In this document: positions 27,796-38,596 of the stretch, one piece after another
Layout: every line of letters starts with the position of its first letter
Position numbering within the stretch: position 1 is the stretch's first letter
Assembly: GCA_040377305.1 (NCBI GenBank)
Contig: JBEIPA010000001.1
Coordinates: 96,001-160,000, forward strand
Source: Flavobacteriales bacterium
Lineage (GTDB): Bacteria > Bacteroidota > Bacteroidia > Palsa-965
Reading direction: 5' to 3'
DNA: 64,000 nucleotides
Translations under genes and position numbers: made by a program
Notes under the pieces: model-generated
The model's database searches: none
What the model saw: only the letters and a program-made list of their open reading frames with translations
Told to the model about the DNA's origin: nothing

Positions 27796-29907
27796 TTACT
27801 CCAGTCCTGTTTCTTTCCAGATAAACTGACACTTCACGAGGTTATAGTAACCGAACTTATCATCCTTCTCCAGTCGTAATTCATGGGAGGAAATAAATTC
27901 AATCTTATCGTACACGCACGGCAACAGTTGATTTCCTTTCGCATCAAGCAATCCCCAGCCTGTATCAGTTTTTACCTGCATGTATCCATCAATGCATTCT
28001 GATGCCTCCTCGTATCGCGGTGTAATAAATTCTTTTCCTTTCGCATCGATGTAACCAATGAGTCCGTCTTTACGCACGCGTGCCACGCCGTCTGAGAAGG
28101 ACCAGGCATACTCGTATGTGTACGGAACTTTCAATTTCATTTTATCATCAACAAATCCCCACTTCTCTTTCTTTTTCGCCGGAAATAATCCATCGCGGAA
28201 AGCACCAAGATCCTCATACTCACGAGGAACAATAATTTTTCCCGTAGTGTCGATCATTCCGAATTTGTCTTTCAGCAAAACTTTCGCGCGACCATTAACG
28301 AACGGACTTTCTCCCAACATCGTTCGGTTGTAGTCGTACTTCAATTCCACTGCGATCTTTCCGTTGCGACGAACGTAACCGCACATATTTCCTTGCACCA
28401 CAAGTGCCATCCCTTCGCTGAACGGGCCGATGTAATTGTACTCGCATGGAATGAGAACTTGACCGGTGTATGAAATCAATCCGTACATACCATCTTTCTC
28501 TACACGCGCCGATCCCTGATCAAACGGTTCCGCCCATTCATACTGTGGCGCAATTACGAGTCTTCCTTCCCGATCAACATATCCGTACATGGATGAGTCT
28601 TTCACATAAGCAAGTCCTTCCGAAAAATCACCGACCGCCTCATACTTACAGGACACGACCTCATTGCCCATCATATCAATAAATCCTTGCTTGTCGCCCC
28701 GAACAACGCGCGCACGGGTTTGCCTGAATTCTCCGATTCCATCGTACACAGGCTTCACTACAAAGTTTCCGGCTTTGTCTGTGATTCCCGTTTTACCATT
28801 GGAAACAACTTGTGCTAATCCGCGATGAAACTTTTCGCCTTCATCAAACTGAAAACCGATTGCAACACTTCCGTTCTTGTTGATGTATCCGCATTTGTCA
28901 TCCATTCCGGCTGCAGCAACTCCTTCTGAAAATTGATCCACCCATTCATACTTGCATTCGATCAGAATTTTTCCGGTGCTATCTGCGAACCCCCATTTTC
29001 CGTTTTCTCGAACACGATAAAACTTAGTCATCGACAGTCTTAGATCTTCGCTGATCGTTTCGCGGAAGGGAAACTCAGGATACGTAATCCAGAATTGCGC
29101 AATAGTAGTCGAACTTCCATCGGCCGTGTAGAGTGCGTACAAACTTTTCCATGCATCCGGAACATTTCTGTTTTGTGGATACGTATTTATAAATGTGTGA
29201 TACTCTTCCACAGAATAATTAGGCACCGACATTTTATACACCGCATCCTCTGCTGTTCCGTGATAAGGACTGTCCGGAAAATCTGCAATGAAGCTAACGT
29301 ATGACTGGAGTGATGAGTCTGCAGTTTTTGTCTCAAACAAACGACGATCGTAAGCAACTTGTGCTGCGGGAATCTGTTCTGCTTCCGGATACAATGAAAT
29401 GAATTCACTGAATGCCTCGTACGAATTTGCTTTCTCTGCTGCTGCAAATGCCAATGTATTCCTGTTTTTCACCGCGAGTGAAATCATCGGTGAACCGCAG
29501 AATTCATCAATATAAGTGTTGTATGCCGCAACGGTATTCTTTTGTTCCGCTTCGAAGTAGCCGAGTGTATCAATTCGTTTTTCCAGGCGTACAATTACCG
29601 AATCATTCACACCCAATTTCTGCAATCGGATTTTCTCCTTTGCACTCGAAGTTGCATACGACCATCGCGAAGAAAGAACCTGTTGGTGTGCACGTGTCAC
29701 ATTGTAAAATGGATTCTTGTCATTCGCATAAATCGTCGCGAGTCCGAAATGCGCTCCGGCGGGATGTCGTTTTTCCGCTTTGATAAAAAGTTCCTGCGCT
29801 TTGAAGTAATCGTAAATGCGCAAAGCCCCAAATCCTTTCTCCAGTCGCTGTGCCGACAGGATAAAAGGAGACAAGAACAAGACAAGTATGAGCGCGCGCT
29901 TCAACAT
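27796..29907 (-). CDS. Secreted WG-repeat protein with N-terminal helical repeats
   Basis: Signal peptide; Y..FI..YP.S helical repeats; many KWGF/YGY.D..G...FSEG repeats. Confidence 0.85.
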   Translation of the reverse strand: MLKRALILVLFLSPFILSAQRLEKGFGALRIYDYFKAQELFIKAEKRHPAGAHFGLATIYANDKNPFYNVTRAHQQVLSSRWSYATSSAKEKIRLQKLGVNDSVIVRLEKRIDTLGYFEAEQKNTVAAYNTYIDEFCGSPMISLAVKNRNTLAFAAAEKANSYEAFSEFISLYPEAEQIPAAQVAYDRRLFETKTADSSLQSYVSFIADFPDSPYHGTAEDAVYKMSVPNYSVEEYHTFINTYPQNRNVPDAWKSLYALYTADGSSTTIAQFWITYPEFPFRETISEDLRLSMTKFYRVRENGKWGFADSTGKILIECKYEWVDQFSEGVAAAGMDDKCGYINKNGSVAIGFQFDEGEKFHRGLAQVVSNGKTGITDKAGNFVVKPVYDGIGEFRQTRARVVRGDKQGFIDMMGNEVVSCKYEAVGDFSEGLAYVKDSSMYGYVDREGRLVIAPQYEWAEPFDQGSARVEKDGMYGLISYTGQVLIPCEYNYIGPFSEGMALVVQGNMCGYVRRNGKIAVELKYDYNRTMLGESPFVNGRAKVLLKDKFGMIDTTGKIIVPREYEDLGAFRDGLFPAKKKEKWGFVDDKMKLKVPYTYEYAWSFSDGVARVRKDGLIGYIDAKGKEFITPRYEEASECIDGYMQVKTDTGWGLLDAKGNQLLPCVYDKIEFISSHELRLEKDDKFGYYNLVKCQFIWKETGLE

Positions 29908-29962
29908 TTAATGTGGCTTAAAAATACGGATTCACTTGCCGTGACTTACCTTTGAAGCCGAT

Positions 29963-30157
29963 ATGAAATTCACAGGTGGACAAATCGCATTCTTGGTATT
30001 CTTCGTCGTCGTGTTTGTCGCCGCCCAGATTTACTCCTACCGAAAGGACAAGTCATCCAACAATAAGCACTATTCCGGGTCCTGGAAAGTCCTGATTGCC
30101 CTTGCCGCGTTCCTCGCAGCCCTCTATTTCATCATTAGTTACGTGCAAAAGCACTGA
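29963..30157 (+). CDS. Small two-TM membrane protein
   Basis: 64 aa with two hydrophobic segments around YSYRKD...HY; TACCTTTG at 29947-29954. Confidence 0.75.
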   Translation: MKFTGGQIAFLVFFVVVFVAAQIYSYRKDKSSNNKHYSGSWKVLIALAAFLAALYFIISYVQKH

Positions 30158-30310
30158 TAATCAGGGCGCTGACTTTTCGTCGACTAATTCCTACTTTTTA
30201 CCGACGAAACCATTTTTTAACCTGTTATTTCTTGACATAGGCATGGAATTAGAGTAAATTCGCAGTAGATAACACACACAGTTTCTACCCCTTTATAGAA
30301 ACGTATTAAG

Positions 30311-31102
30311 ATGAAGAAATTACTTTTTTTATTGTCATTCATTGTTCCGGTCCTGGCCATCGCAGAAAATGGTACGTTGGTACTGGAGGGCAAATACCAA
30401 AACAAGAATGTGTACGTGCAGAATTCTTTCGCTGACAACGGCGTTGGTTACTGCGCTTACGAAGTTCGTGTAAATGGGGCGCCCAGCACTGATGAGGTCA
30501 ATTCTTCTGCATTTGAAATCGATCTACGTAATTACGATTTGCAGGAAGGTGACGCAGTGAACATTCAGATTTTTCACAAAGACGGATGCGCACCTAAAGT
30601 TCTGAATCCGGAAGTTTTAAAACCACGTCCTACATTCAGCACTGTAAAAATTGAGTGTTCAAATGCCGGATTGCTTACATGGACAACCACTGGTGAAACT
30701 TCTTCTATTGCTTACATTGTTGAGCAATTCCGTTGGAACAAGTGGGTGTACGTTGGAGAAGTTCAGGGAATCGGAACACCTTCTGAGCACACCTATAATT
30801 TTCAGACTACTTTCCATTCGGGCGAAAATCGATTCCGTGTGAAACAAGTTGGTTTCGCAAAAGAAGTGAAGTACACACCGGAAGTGAAACACACGCCAAC
30901 GAACACATCATCACTTACGTTCACACAATCAAACGATTCAAAGAAAATTACACTCTCAGGTCCATCCATGTATGAAATGTACGATGCTTACGGCAACGTA
31001 GTACTCAAAGGATTCGGATCAGAGCTCGACATTAGCGGATTTGAAAAGGGAGTTTATTTCCTGTGCTTCGACAACAAGATCGAACAAGTAAACCGCAAGT
31101 AA
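30311..31102 (+). CDS. Secreted hypothetical protein with probable T9SS-like C-terminus
   Basis: Signal peptide; Ig-like LTWTT..E..Y.VE segment; ends YDAYGNVV...LDISGFEKGVYFL. Confidence 0.7.
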   Translation: MKKLLFLLSFIVPVLAIAENGTLVLEGKYQNKNVYVQNSFADNGVGYCAYEVRVNGAPSTDEVNSSAFEIDLRNYDLQEGDAVNIQIFHKDGCAPKVLNPEVLKPRPTFSTVKIECSNAGLLTWTTTGETSSIAYIVEQFRWNKWVYVGEVQGIGTPSEHTYNFQTTFHSGENRFRVKQVGFAKEVKYTPEVKHTPTNTSSLTFTQSNDSKKITLSGPSMYEMYDAYGNVVLKGFGSELDISGFEKGVYFLCFDNKIEQVNRK

Positions 31103-31124
31103 TTGCCCAGGTTTTTTAAGTGTT

Positions 31125-31156
31125 AATCCCGGAGAGTAATCTTCGGGATTTTTTTT
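31125..31156 (+). terminator. Intrinsic terminator
   Basis: AATCCCGGAGA-gtaa-TCTTCGGGATT followed by a T run. Confidence 0.75.
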
Positions 31157-31341
31157 ACCACATAGTATCATAGGAGGACTGCCTGTTTGCTAAAGGTGAA
31201 TCAACAAGTTGATTCAGAACATAGATCACAAGAGAAGATCGCATCGCGATCAATTCTATGCGAACTACTGCATTCTCTAGTCTTACCATAGCCCCTTATC
31301 GGCAAGCTTAGCAAACAATGATTAAGAAGCACACTATGACC

Positions 31342-31983
31342 CTATGTGGTTAAAATCGCTTCAATCTCAGCGAACATCATCGCAGTGGCGCCCCACAAAG
31401 TCTCCTCTCCCAGAACATAACACGGCGCATCTATGAACGTGTTCACACCGATGGGAATTCTTCTGCGAGTCTTCAGTTGTTCGTCAAGAAACGTACTAAG
31501 CGGTACTTCCAGAATAATATCCACTTCACGATCATCAGGCACGTATTGCGGCTGCTCATTCATCCACGCCACAAATGGATGCACGAGAAAATTACTCGGC
31601 GGAATATACAGCGGTGTCAATTCACCAATCACGTCCTGCACAGAAACACTCACGCCGACTTCTTCGATCGTCTCGCGAATTGCAGTGTGAACGGGTTTCT
31701 CATCCTGCTCCTTCTTTCCTCCAGGCAATGCAAGTTGTCCGCTATGAATGCCATCATACGAAGGTCGCTTGATGATCATGGTATGCACCATTCCATCAAC
31801 CGGATAAAGCAACATCATCACTGCACTCGTTTTGTAATCGGGATGCTTGTCGAGATAAGCCTGCAATGGTAATCTCGCTCGCGAACTCATCGCATCCTGG
31901 GAAGTACTTCCCGGCAACGGCAATTTCAATCGTGCTTGTAAGGCTTCACGAAATTCAATTGGTGACGTGAGTAGATTTTTCAC
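31342..31983 (-). CDS. Nudix hydrolase, CoA pyrophosphatase type
   Basis: SAVMMLL, HSGQLALPGGK, AIRETIEEVG and LWGATAM. GTG start. Confidence 0.92.
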   Translation of the reverse strand: MKNLLTSPIEFREALQARLKLPLPGSTSQDAMSSRARLPLQAYLDKHPDYKTSAVMMLLYPVDGMVHTMIIKRPSYDGIHSGQLALPGGKKEQDEKPVHTAIRETIEEVGVSVSVQDVIGELTPLYIPPSNFLVHPFVAWMNEQPQYVPDDREVDIILEVPLSTFLDEQLKTRRRIPIGVNTFIDAPCYVLGEETLWGATAMMFAEIEAILTT

Positions 31984-32060
31984 ACCACGAAGCTAAGGAG
32001 ATCTGTATAGACTTTTCCTGGCGTTTTGTCTCCCAATAGCTATCGGGATTGGCGGTAAAA

Positions 32061-33032
32061 TTATTGCTGTGGAATTACCCGCACTTTATCACCGGCTCGC
32101 AACCGCATATAACCAGTCCAACCGTTATATGTTTGTATCTGTTTCGCAGAACGTCCATACTGTTGTGCAATCTTCGTGATGTTATCTCCACGTAAGCACG
32201 TATGAAATTCCACTCCCTGCGGACGAACAGCAAATCCCTGACGCGTTCTCACCAAATCAATTTTCTCCGCAATCAATTTCCGCGTTTGCAGATCGATAAT
32301 GTATGCCGGATTAATTGCCACACCCCTGAACCGCAACTCAAAATGCAGATGTGTTCCGGTAGAATGACCGGTATTGCCTCCAAGGCCAATGAGCTGACCC
32401 GAGTTCACGATATCGCCCGGCTTCACTTTTATTTTCCAGAGATGTGCGTATACCGTTTCGAGACCATTGTAGTGACGAATGATCACAATGTTTCCGTATC
32501 CACCCGATTTCCCGGCGAAACGAACCATGCCCATGAACGCAGAACAAACCGAATCGCCACGCACAAGATCCACATCAATGCCGCGATGAAAAGCTGAATC
32601 TCTCCAGCCAAATCCTGAAGTCAACACACCGTTGAACGGAAACACAAACGGACCGCTAATCGCCGAAGCAAGATCGAGCGTGACCACCGTATCCGCTTTG
32701 TACAGCGAATCCGAATAGGGAAATAACATGCGTGTGTTCCAGTTGCCGTAATATCTGTTCGCCGGATAAAATGCGAATCCGCTTTCAAACTGATTCTTCG
32801 GATAGCTTGCACGCAATGAATCAATTTGATTGTTGATCATCACAAACAGCAATGAATCGTGTACATCCGCATCGAACAAAGAATCGATCATGAGCACCAG
32901 TTCCGGCTCACTCATTTCCTCGATGGAAGCTGCAATGCGTTGTTGCGCGGGCGTCAATGAGTCGCCGTTGGAAGCGCAAAGTCGTCCAAAGCTTGCCAGC
33001 AGCAACGCCACGAATGCAAAACGAAAATTCAT
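32061..33032 (-). CDS. M23 metallopeptidase with LysM
   Basis: HRGID, YAHL and HLHFE; C-terminal RGDNITKIA LysM-like segment. Confidence 0.9.
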   Translation of the reverse strand: MNFRFAFVALLLASFGRLCASNGDSLTPAQQRIAASIEEMSEPELVLMIDSLFDADVHDSLLFVMINNQIDSLRASYPKNQFESGFAFYPANRYYGNWNTRMLFPYSDSLYKADTVVTLDLASAISGPFVFPFNGVLTSGFGWRDSAFHRGIDVDLVRGDSVCSAFMGMVRFAGKSGGYGNIVIIRHYNGLETVYAHLWKIKVKPGDIVNSGQLIGLGGNTGHSTGTHLHFELRFRGVAINPAYIIDLQTRKLIAEKIDLVRTRQGFAVRPQGVEFHTCLRGDNITKIAQQYGRSAKQIQTYNGWTGYMRLRAGDKVRVIPQQ

Positions 33033-33088
33033 ATTCCTCAGCGTATTTTTTTTGACTGCCTACTGCCCGACCGCCTACTTCCCAACTG

Positions 33089-34315
33089 TTATTGACATCC
33101 CGCCAACTTCTTCTCCTCTGCGACTCCCGGATAATTCATCGCCGCGGCCTTGTCAAAATCAGCACAGCACTCTTTTTTCTTGTTCAGCTTGTAGTTTGCT
33201 TTGGCACGGAAGAAGTAATCTTCTCCGGTTGCTCCGTTAGCAATTGCAGTCGTAAAATTATCTGCAGCTTCCTGCCATTTCTCCTGATCAAAACGAATAC
33301 GACCGAGTCCGCGGGATGCTACTGCATTCTTCGGTTCGAGCTCCAGCACTTTCTTGTAATCGAGTTCGGCAAGCATGAATTTAGATTTGCCCTGCACGTA
33401 GTAAGAATTCGCTCGCGACAATAAAGTCGGAACATCATCTTTCTTCAAAGCGAGTGCCTTCGTGTAATCTTTCGTTGCTGACGGATAATTTTTCTGTTTC
33501 GTAAAAAGATCTCCGCGCATTCTGAAAATTTCGGAATCTTTCGTTTTGTAGACATCGACAATGACGGTGTAATCTGCAATTGCTTCGACCAGTTTATTCT
33601 GTTGCGAAAAACAACTGGCACGTGCACGATACACACTTTCATCCGCGGCTTTCAACGTAATTGCTTTCGACAAATCGGCCACTGCGGGATCCAATTTCTT
33701 CTGATCGAGTTCAAGCTTGCCTCGCTCAGCGTAAGCTTTCCCAAGATTAGCATCGAGAGTAATTGCTTTATTAAAATCCGCAAGCGCTTCAACATCCTTC
33801 TTCATCTTGCGATACAATACACCACGCTCGTAAAACGTGTTCGCATTCTTCGAATCGAGCGCAATTGCTTTTGAGTAGTCGTTAAGAGCCAGCTGATCCT
33901 GATTCGTCTTTCCATACAGCTTCGCACGATTCACGTAGCTATCAACGAAATTCGGATTCAAGGTAATCGCACTCGAATAATCGGTAATGGCGAGATTGTC
34001 GTTGCCCATTTTCTCGTGACACTTTGCGCGGTAATAAAATCCAGGTGCGAAATTCGCATTCAGTTTCACACCTTGATTGAGATCGGCAAGCGCGAGATCA
34101 TTCTTGCCCAACTCCATCTGGCAACGACCCCGATCAACAAAAGCCTCGAAGTAAGTCGCATCGGTTTTGATCGCAATGTCAAACTGCGCAATCGCCTCCA
34201 CGTACTTCTTCTCATTCATGAGCTTCACGCCTTTTTCGTGATAGACATAGGCAGGTTGAGCGAATACGATTGTTGAAATAAAAATCCCGAGAAGTAGAAG
34301 GCAAGTTCGACGCAT
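33089..34315 (-). CDS. Secreted TPR-repeat protein
   Basis: Signal peptide; about 10 A..D(Y/F)..AI.L.P TPR units. Confidence 0.9.
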   Translation of the reverse strand: MRRTCLLLLGIFISTIVFAQPAYVYHEKGVKLMNEKKYVEAIAQFDIAIKTDATYFEAFVDRGRCQMELGKNDLALADLNQGVKLNANFAPGFYYRAKCHEKMGNDNLAITDYSSAITLNPNFVDSYVNRAKLYGKTNQDQLALNDYSKAIALDSKNANTFYERGVLYRKMKKDVEALADFNKAITLDANLGKAYAERGKLELDQKKLDPAVADLSKAITLKAADESVYRARASCFSQQNKLVEAIADYTVIVDVYKTKDSEIFRMRGDLFTKQKNYPSATKDYTKALALKKDDVPTLLSRANSYYVQGKSKFMLAELDYKKVLELEPKNAVASRGLGRIRFDQEKWQEAADNFTTAIANGATGEDYFFRAKANYKLNKKKECCADFDKAAAMNYPGVAEEKKLAGCQ

Positions 34316-34490
34316 TATGAATCCAATATTTGGCTGTGATTCTTAAAGATAATTAAGGATTTGCGATAATCTGCGAATCTGCGGCAGAAAAAGGGTGTTA
34401 AGCGAGAAAACCAAAATTTTTAGTTAGCCAAAAATATACTTGACACCGCTACTAACCCCGATTACCTTTGCCGCAACTAAAACGCTAACT

Positions 34491-35519
34491 ATGAGAATTC
34501 TTAAAGGACTAGGCATTGTAGTCGGATTACTACTTGCTATTTATCTCATCCTCGCCATTTTCGGCCCAGCGAAAATGCATGTTGAACGCTCGATCATGAT
34601 TAATCAGAAGTCTGACGTCGTGTTCAATGAAATCAACACGCTCAAGCAGTGGCAAAACTGGTCGTATTGGGACAACATTGATCCGAATATGCAATCAACT
34701 TACGAAGGACCAGAATCGGGTGTTGGTGCAAAACACAGTTGGACAAGCACGAACGATAGCGTTGGAAATGGTTCACTCGTGATCAAAACTTCTATGCCAA
34801 ACACATTGGTAGAGTGCGATCTTTCATTCGAAGGAATGGGAACGAGCACTAGTGGCTGGGCTTTAAAAGACACTGCAGGCGGAACATGGGTAACAGCATA
34901 CATGGATGGTGAAACTCCGTTCCTGTTTCGTCCGATGATGTTGTTCATGGACATGGAAGAAATCCTTGGAAAAGATTTTGATGCTACACTCGCAGGTTTG
35001 AAAGCACATACGGAAGGTTTGGAATCTCCAACGATGATGGCTGAATATGTAATGCAAGAAGCCACGACTCCGGCGATGAAACTGTTGACGATTGCCGATA
35101 GCGCAATGTCTGTGGAAGCTCTTGGCGAGAAACTCGGTGGACTCTACGGAGAAATTATGGGTGAAATGGAAAAACAAAAATTGACGCAGGCAGGTCCGGT
35201 AATTGCGATCTATGACAAAGTAGAATACGGAGCAGATGGTTCCATGAAGTTTTGGTTCAAGGCAGGAATTCCAGTTGCGAAGTCAGGAAAGAATGCAGGA
35301 CGAATTATGTATTGGGAGAACACCGCAGGAAATGCTGTGAAGTGTGACTATTACGGCGACTACTCGAACACCGGTGCCTGTCACGATGCAATCAACAAAT
35401 ACATCACCGATAAAGGAAAAACGATAAACGGATCAGTTTGGGAAGTATATGTAACTGACCCAGGTGCTGAGCCCGACACGGCGAAATGGCTTACGGAAAT
35501 CTACTATCCGGTGCAATAG
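34491..35519 (+). CDS. SRPBCC domain plus GyrI-like small-molecule-binding domain protein
   Basis: N-terminal TM; VERSIMI, WQNWSYW and GKDFDATLAGLK; C-terminal WEVYVTDP...WLTEIYYPV. TACCTTTG at 34463 supports start 34491. Confidence 0.85.
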   Translation: MRILKGLGIVVGLLLAIYLILAIFGPAKMHVERSIMINQKSDVVFNEINTLKQWQNWSYWDNIDPNMQSTYEGPESGVGAKHSWTSTNDSVGNGSLVIKTSMPNTLVECDLSFEGMGTSTSGWALKDTAGGTWVTAYMDGETPFLFRPMMLFMDMEEILGKDFDATLAGLKAHTEGLESPTMMAEYVMQEATTPAMKLLTIADSAMSVEALGEKLGGLYGEIMGEMEKQKLTQAGPVIAIYDKVEYGADGSMKFWFKAGIPVAKSGKNAGRIMYWENTAGNAVKCDYYGDYSNTGACHDAINKYITDKGKTINGSVWEVYVTDPGAEPDTAKWLTEIYYPVQ

Positions 35520-35636
35520 TCAATGCGGAGCCGGTGCTCGGCACGACAATTTCACTGAAATACAGCCATTTACGGCATGAAATTTGGTTTTATATCGGTA
35601 ATAAGTTAGATTTACCTAAGCAAAACTCACACACAC

Positions 35637-36008
35637 ATGACACGTATTTTCGTCCTCTTCGCATTTATCCTGACTGCAACATTTGCACAGGCACAATCAT
35701 CACCAGTTGCTGAGAATCCAACTGAGCGCGCACATTCGCAAGCGCTTGGATTACAGAAACAAGTTGGTTTATCTGATGAGCAACTCGTGAAAGCGGAAGC
35801 AATCTTTCTTGCACGTCACACCGAGGTTGAAGCGATCAAGAACGACGCAAGCAAAACTCAGGAAGAAAAAGACAATGCAATAACACTTGTGCGCACCGAG
35901 AAAGAAAAGGAAATACAGGCATTGCTTACTCCTGATCAGTTGATCAAGTATAACGAAATTAAAACTACTCGTCAGAACCGCAAGAAAGCTGCGAGTGGCC
36001 AACAATAG
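35637..36008 (+). CDS. Secreted helical protein (Spy/CpxP/DUF4890-like)
   Basis: Signal peptide; LSDEQ and LLTPDQ (LTxxQ) motifs. Confidence 0.7.
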   Translation: MTRIFVLFAFILTATFAQAQSSPVAENPTERAHSQALGLQKQVGLSDEQLVKAEAIFLARHTEVEAIKNDASKTQEEKDNAITLVRTEKEKEIQALLTPDQLIKYNEIKTTRQNRKKAASGQQ

Positions 36009-36030
36009 AAATTTAGAAAAACACACATTG

Positions 36031-36065
36031 AAAATCCTTCAAAGAAATTTGAGGGATTTTTTCTT
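36031..36065. terminator. Bidirectional intrinsic terminator
   Basis: AAAATCCTTCAAA-gaaa-TTTGAGGGATTTT between convergent genes. Confidence 0.75.
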
Positions 36066-36812
36066 TTACTTCGATACGCCCTGCTGAAACTTTTCCGACT
36101 GCTCGATTGCGTCCATCAGGTCTCCAAGTATTTCATCTGAATCCTTCGTGAGATCAATGTCCATCACGTCCTTGAAACGAATGGAAAGATTCACACCTTG
36201 CTTCTTCATTTTGAGGCCGCTCTTGTCGAACGCACGACGGAATCCATCAATGACTACGGGCACAACAATCGGATTGTATTTTTTCAGAATCAGAATCACA
36301 CCACGTCGTCCTTTAGCGAAAGGTTTCGTTGTTCCTTGCGGAAAGTTGATTACCCAGCCATCGCTTAATGCAATACCGATGTTGGAAATATCGTCCATGC
36401 GAACTTTCCGTTTCACATCTTCTTTGCCTTGCTTCCACGTGCGTTGAATGCTAACCGATCCGACGTAAGCAAAAATACGCGGAAGAATTCCCTTCTTCAT
36501 CGTCTCTTCTGCTGCAACAAAATAACTGTTGATGCGGGGATTCTTCAGGTAGCTTTTGTCATCAATCGTATTGTATTGCCCGTTCTTCGCGGCGCAAAAC
36601 ACGTGAAGAAATGCGATCACATCCGCGAAGTAGGTCTGGTGATTGGAAACGAACAGCACATTTCTGTCTGGCAGATTCTTCAGTACCTCCGCACCTTCGA
36701 TCGTGATTTTGTTCTGTTTCGCATATCTCTTCCACGTCACCCGTCCGATATTCCGGATCAGGGATCGCTTTATCCAATTCAAATGTCCAAACGGGTCACG
36801 ACTTTCTGACAT
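36066..36812 (-). CDS. Lysophospholipid (PlsC-like) acyltransferase
   Basis: VSNHQTYFAD (HxxxxD) and INFPQGT. Start MSESRDPFG at 36812 with TATCTTTG at 36819-36826; the ORF-track extension overlaps the opposite gene. Confidence 0.88.
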   Translation of the reverse strand: MSESRDPFGHLNWIKRSLIRNIGRVTWKRYAKQNKITIEGAEVLKNLPDRNVLFVSNHQTYFADVIAFLHVFCAAKNGQYNTIDDKSYLKNPRINSYFVAAEETMKKGILPRIFAYVGSVSIQRTWKQGKEDVKRKVRMDDISNIGIALSDGWVINFPQGTTKPFAKGRRGVILILKKYNPIVVPVVIDGFRRAFDKSGLKMKKQGVNLSIRFKDVMDIDLTKDSDEILGDLMDAIEQSEKFQQGVSK

Positions 36813-36945
36813 ATTCTCCAAAGATACGGAGAGATCGGAGTCGGGAGTTATTCCCAAGTGTAAACAGTCTTGACTACCTGGCGATCGAACACTTTTCCTG
36901 ATACATCCGGGTCTCTCATCTCCCGTCCCACCCTTATCTTTGAGC

Positions 36946-38430
36946 GTGCAGAAAATCATCCTTCGATCCGTCGCTATCCTTGCAATCCTCACAGGTGCAA
37001 TTGCATTACTCGTTTGGTATTGGACAATGAAGCGTGACATGCCTGCACAAGCTCGTGTGATTCCGGCTGATGCAATGGCTGTTCTTACATTCAACATTCG
37101 CGAAATCGCTGCAGATCGTTCGGGAGATGAACATTTATTTCCCGACATAATGGATAAGGCGATGATCGGAAATGAGATTGAATCGTTCTCGCGCGCAATC
37201 GATGGCAACGGAGGACAAACGGGTGTTGCTACGATGTCGGACATTCTCATGTTTGTTTATCAAACGGGCAACGAAGGTTATTTCGGAGTGGCAGTTGAAC
37301 TTGAAGACAGCGCGATGTTTGGTAATCTGATGCGCATTCACTTTGCCAAAGAATACAACATCGTTCCATTATCGATGGGCGGAATTCCGTTGATGCAATT
37401 CGATACAACTGCGGCCGTGTTCGGTTGGACAAACGATGTAGCGCTTTTGCTCTACCCGCTCGGAAATCATGGCATCCCGCAGGTCACCGCGCAGTGCACA
37501 AAGCTCCTCAAACAGCAAAAAGAAAATTCCGTTCTCGCGAATGAAAAATTCCAGGAGATGGAAAAGCAAACGTTTGCCTTAGGATTGTGGGTGCAAACAA
37601 AATCGCTGCTCACGTTCACGGACGGCGGTTCTTTAATCGAAGCAATTACGCATGACGTGGAAACGTATAATTACCTCGCGAATTTCGAAGACGGTGAGAT
37701 TCTCATTCGCTCCGAATGGCATCTTGCCGATGAGGCGAAACGTGATATGATCAGAGAATTCGAATTTCCGTGCGACACGTCTCTCATCACCTCATTTCTG
37801 CGGGGACGTTTCGATGTGAAATCCGATTCACTTGCAGGAGGCTCATTCGCTGATGCGGCGTTCGATAAACTTCCGATTGCAGAAGAAGATTATCCTGAAC
37901 TTTTTTCTTCGATGACCGGTGATTTTATTTCTGTTGGACACAGTAAGATTGCCGGCGACGAATTCGAAACACACTGTTTCCTGTTGTCTGATCCGGCCAA
38001 AGCAAAAGCATTCATCACTTCACGCATGCAACGCGATTCGATTCCGCTGACAACATCAGGTTGGAAATACAACGTTGCTCTTGTCCAGGAGTGGAGAATG
38101 ATCATGGACAACAACATGCTCACGCTCACAAATCATCCGGGTGTTGACGGAAGACCACATGCTATGACTGCGAATCTTGCAGGCTATATGGCGTGGTTCA
38201 ACTTTCAGAAAATGCTGGCAGAAGCCGACGGTGGTATCTATGCATTTATTCCGCTTATCAATACGGGTGCGCCATTGCTTTCAGAACATGTTACAACGTG
38301 TAGCAGCACATTACCGGTTCAGTTCGGCAATGTTCGTCACTCAGAAATTGTTTTCCGTTTCAGGAACAGAGAAGTGAACGGACTTGTGCAGACCGAGGAG
38401 TTGGTGAGGAAGATTTACTTCGGGAAATAG
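36946..38430 (+). CDS. Membrane-anchored hypothetical protein (DUF4836-like)
   Basis: N-terminal TM then VIPADAMAV motif; GTG start just after TATCTTTG (36935-36942). Confidence 0.65.
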   Translation: MQKIILRSVAILAILTGAIALLVWYWTMKRDMPAQARVIPADAMAVLTFNIREIAADRSGDEHLFPDIMDKAMIGNEIESFSRAIDGNGGQTGVATMSDILMFVYQTGNEGYFGVAVELEDSAMFGNLMRIHFAKEYNIVPLSMGGIPLMQFDTTAAVFGWTNDVALLLYPLGNHGIPQVTAQCTKLLKQQKENSVLANEKFQEMEKQTFALGLWVQTKSLLTFTDGGSLIEAITHDVETYNYLANFEDGEILIRSEWHLADEAKRDMIREFEFPCDTSLITSFLRGRFDVKSDSLAGGSFADAAFDKLPIAEEDYPELFSSMTGDFISVGHSKIAGDEFETHCFLLSDPAKAKAFITSRMQRDSIPLTTSGWKYNVALVQEWRMIMDNNMLTLTNHPGVDGRPHAMTANLAGYMAWFNFQKMLAEADGGIYAFIPLINTGAPLLSEHVTTCSSTLPVQFGNVRHSEIVFRFRNREVNGLVQTEELVRKIYFGK

Positions 38431-38450
38431 CGGATGCTCACATGTCAACC

Positions 38451-38587
38451 CTCGGTACGCCTATATTTTTTCTCAAGTTGCTCCGCAATAATTTTAGGCT
38501 ACTCGGTCTGACAAGGTGAATAGTTGTCAGACCGAGTAAACCTGAAAAACTGCAGAGCAGCGTGAACGATTTTACCGTTGTACCGAG
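38451..38587. repeat. Nested inverted-repeat (REP doublet-like) element
   Basis: Outer CTCGGTAC (38451-38458) / GTACCGAG (38580-38587); inner perfect 15-bp TACTCGGTCTGACAA (38500-38514) / TTGTCAGACCGAGTA (38524-38538). Confidence 0.75.
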
Positions 38588-38596
38588 AGATGAAAA

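Noticed and set aside
36813-37250. Long N-terminal extension of the acyltransferase ORF
   Set aside because: It overlaps the opposite-strand gene and crosses its own promoter element and repeat arms.
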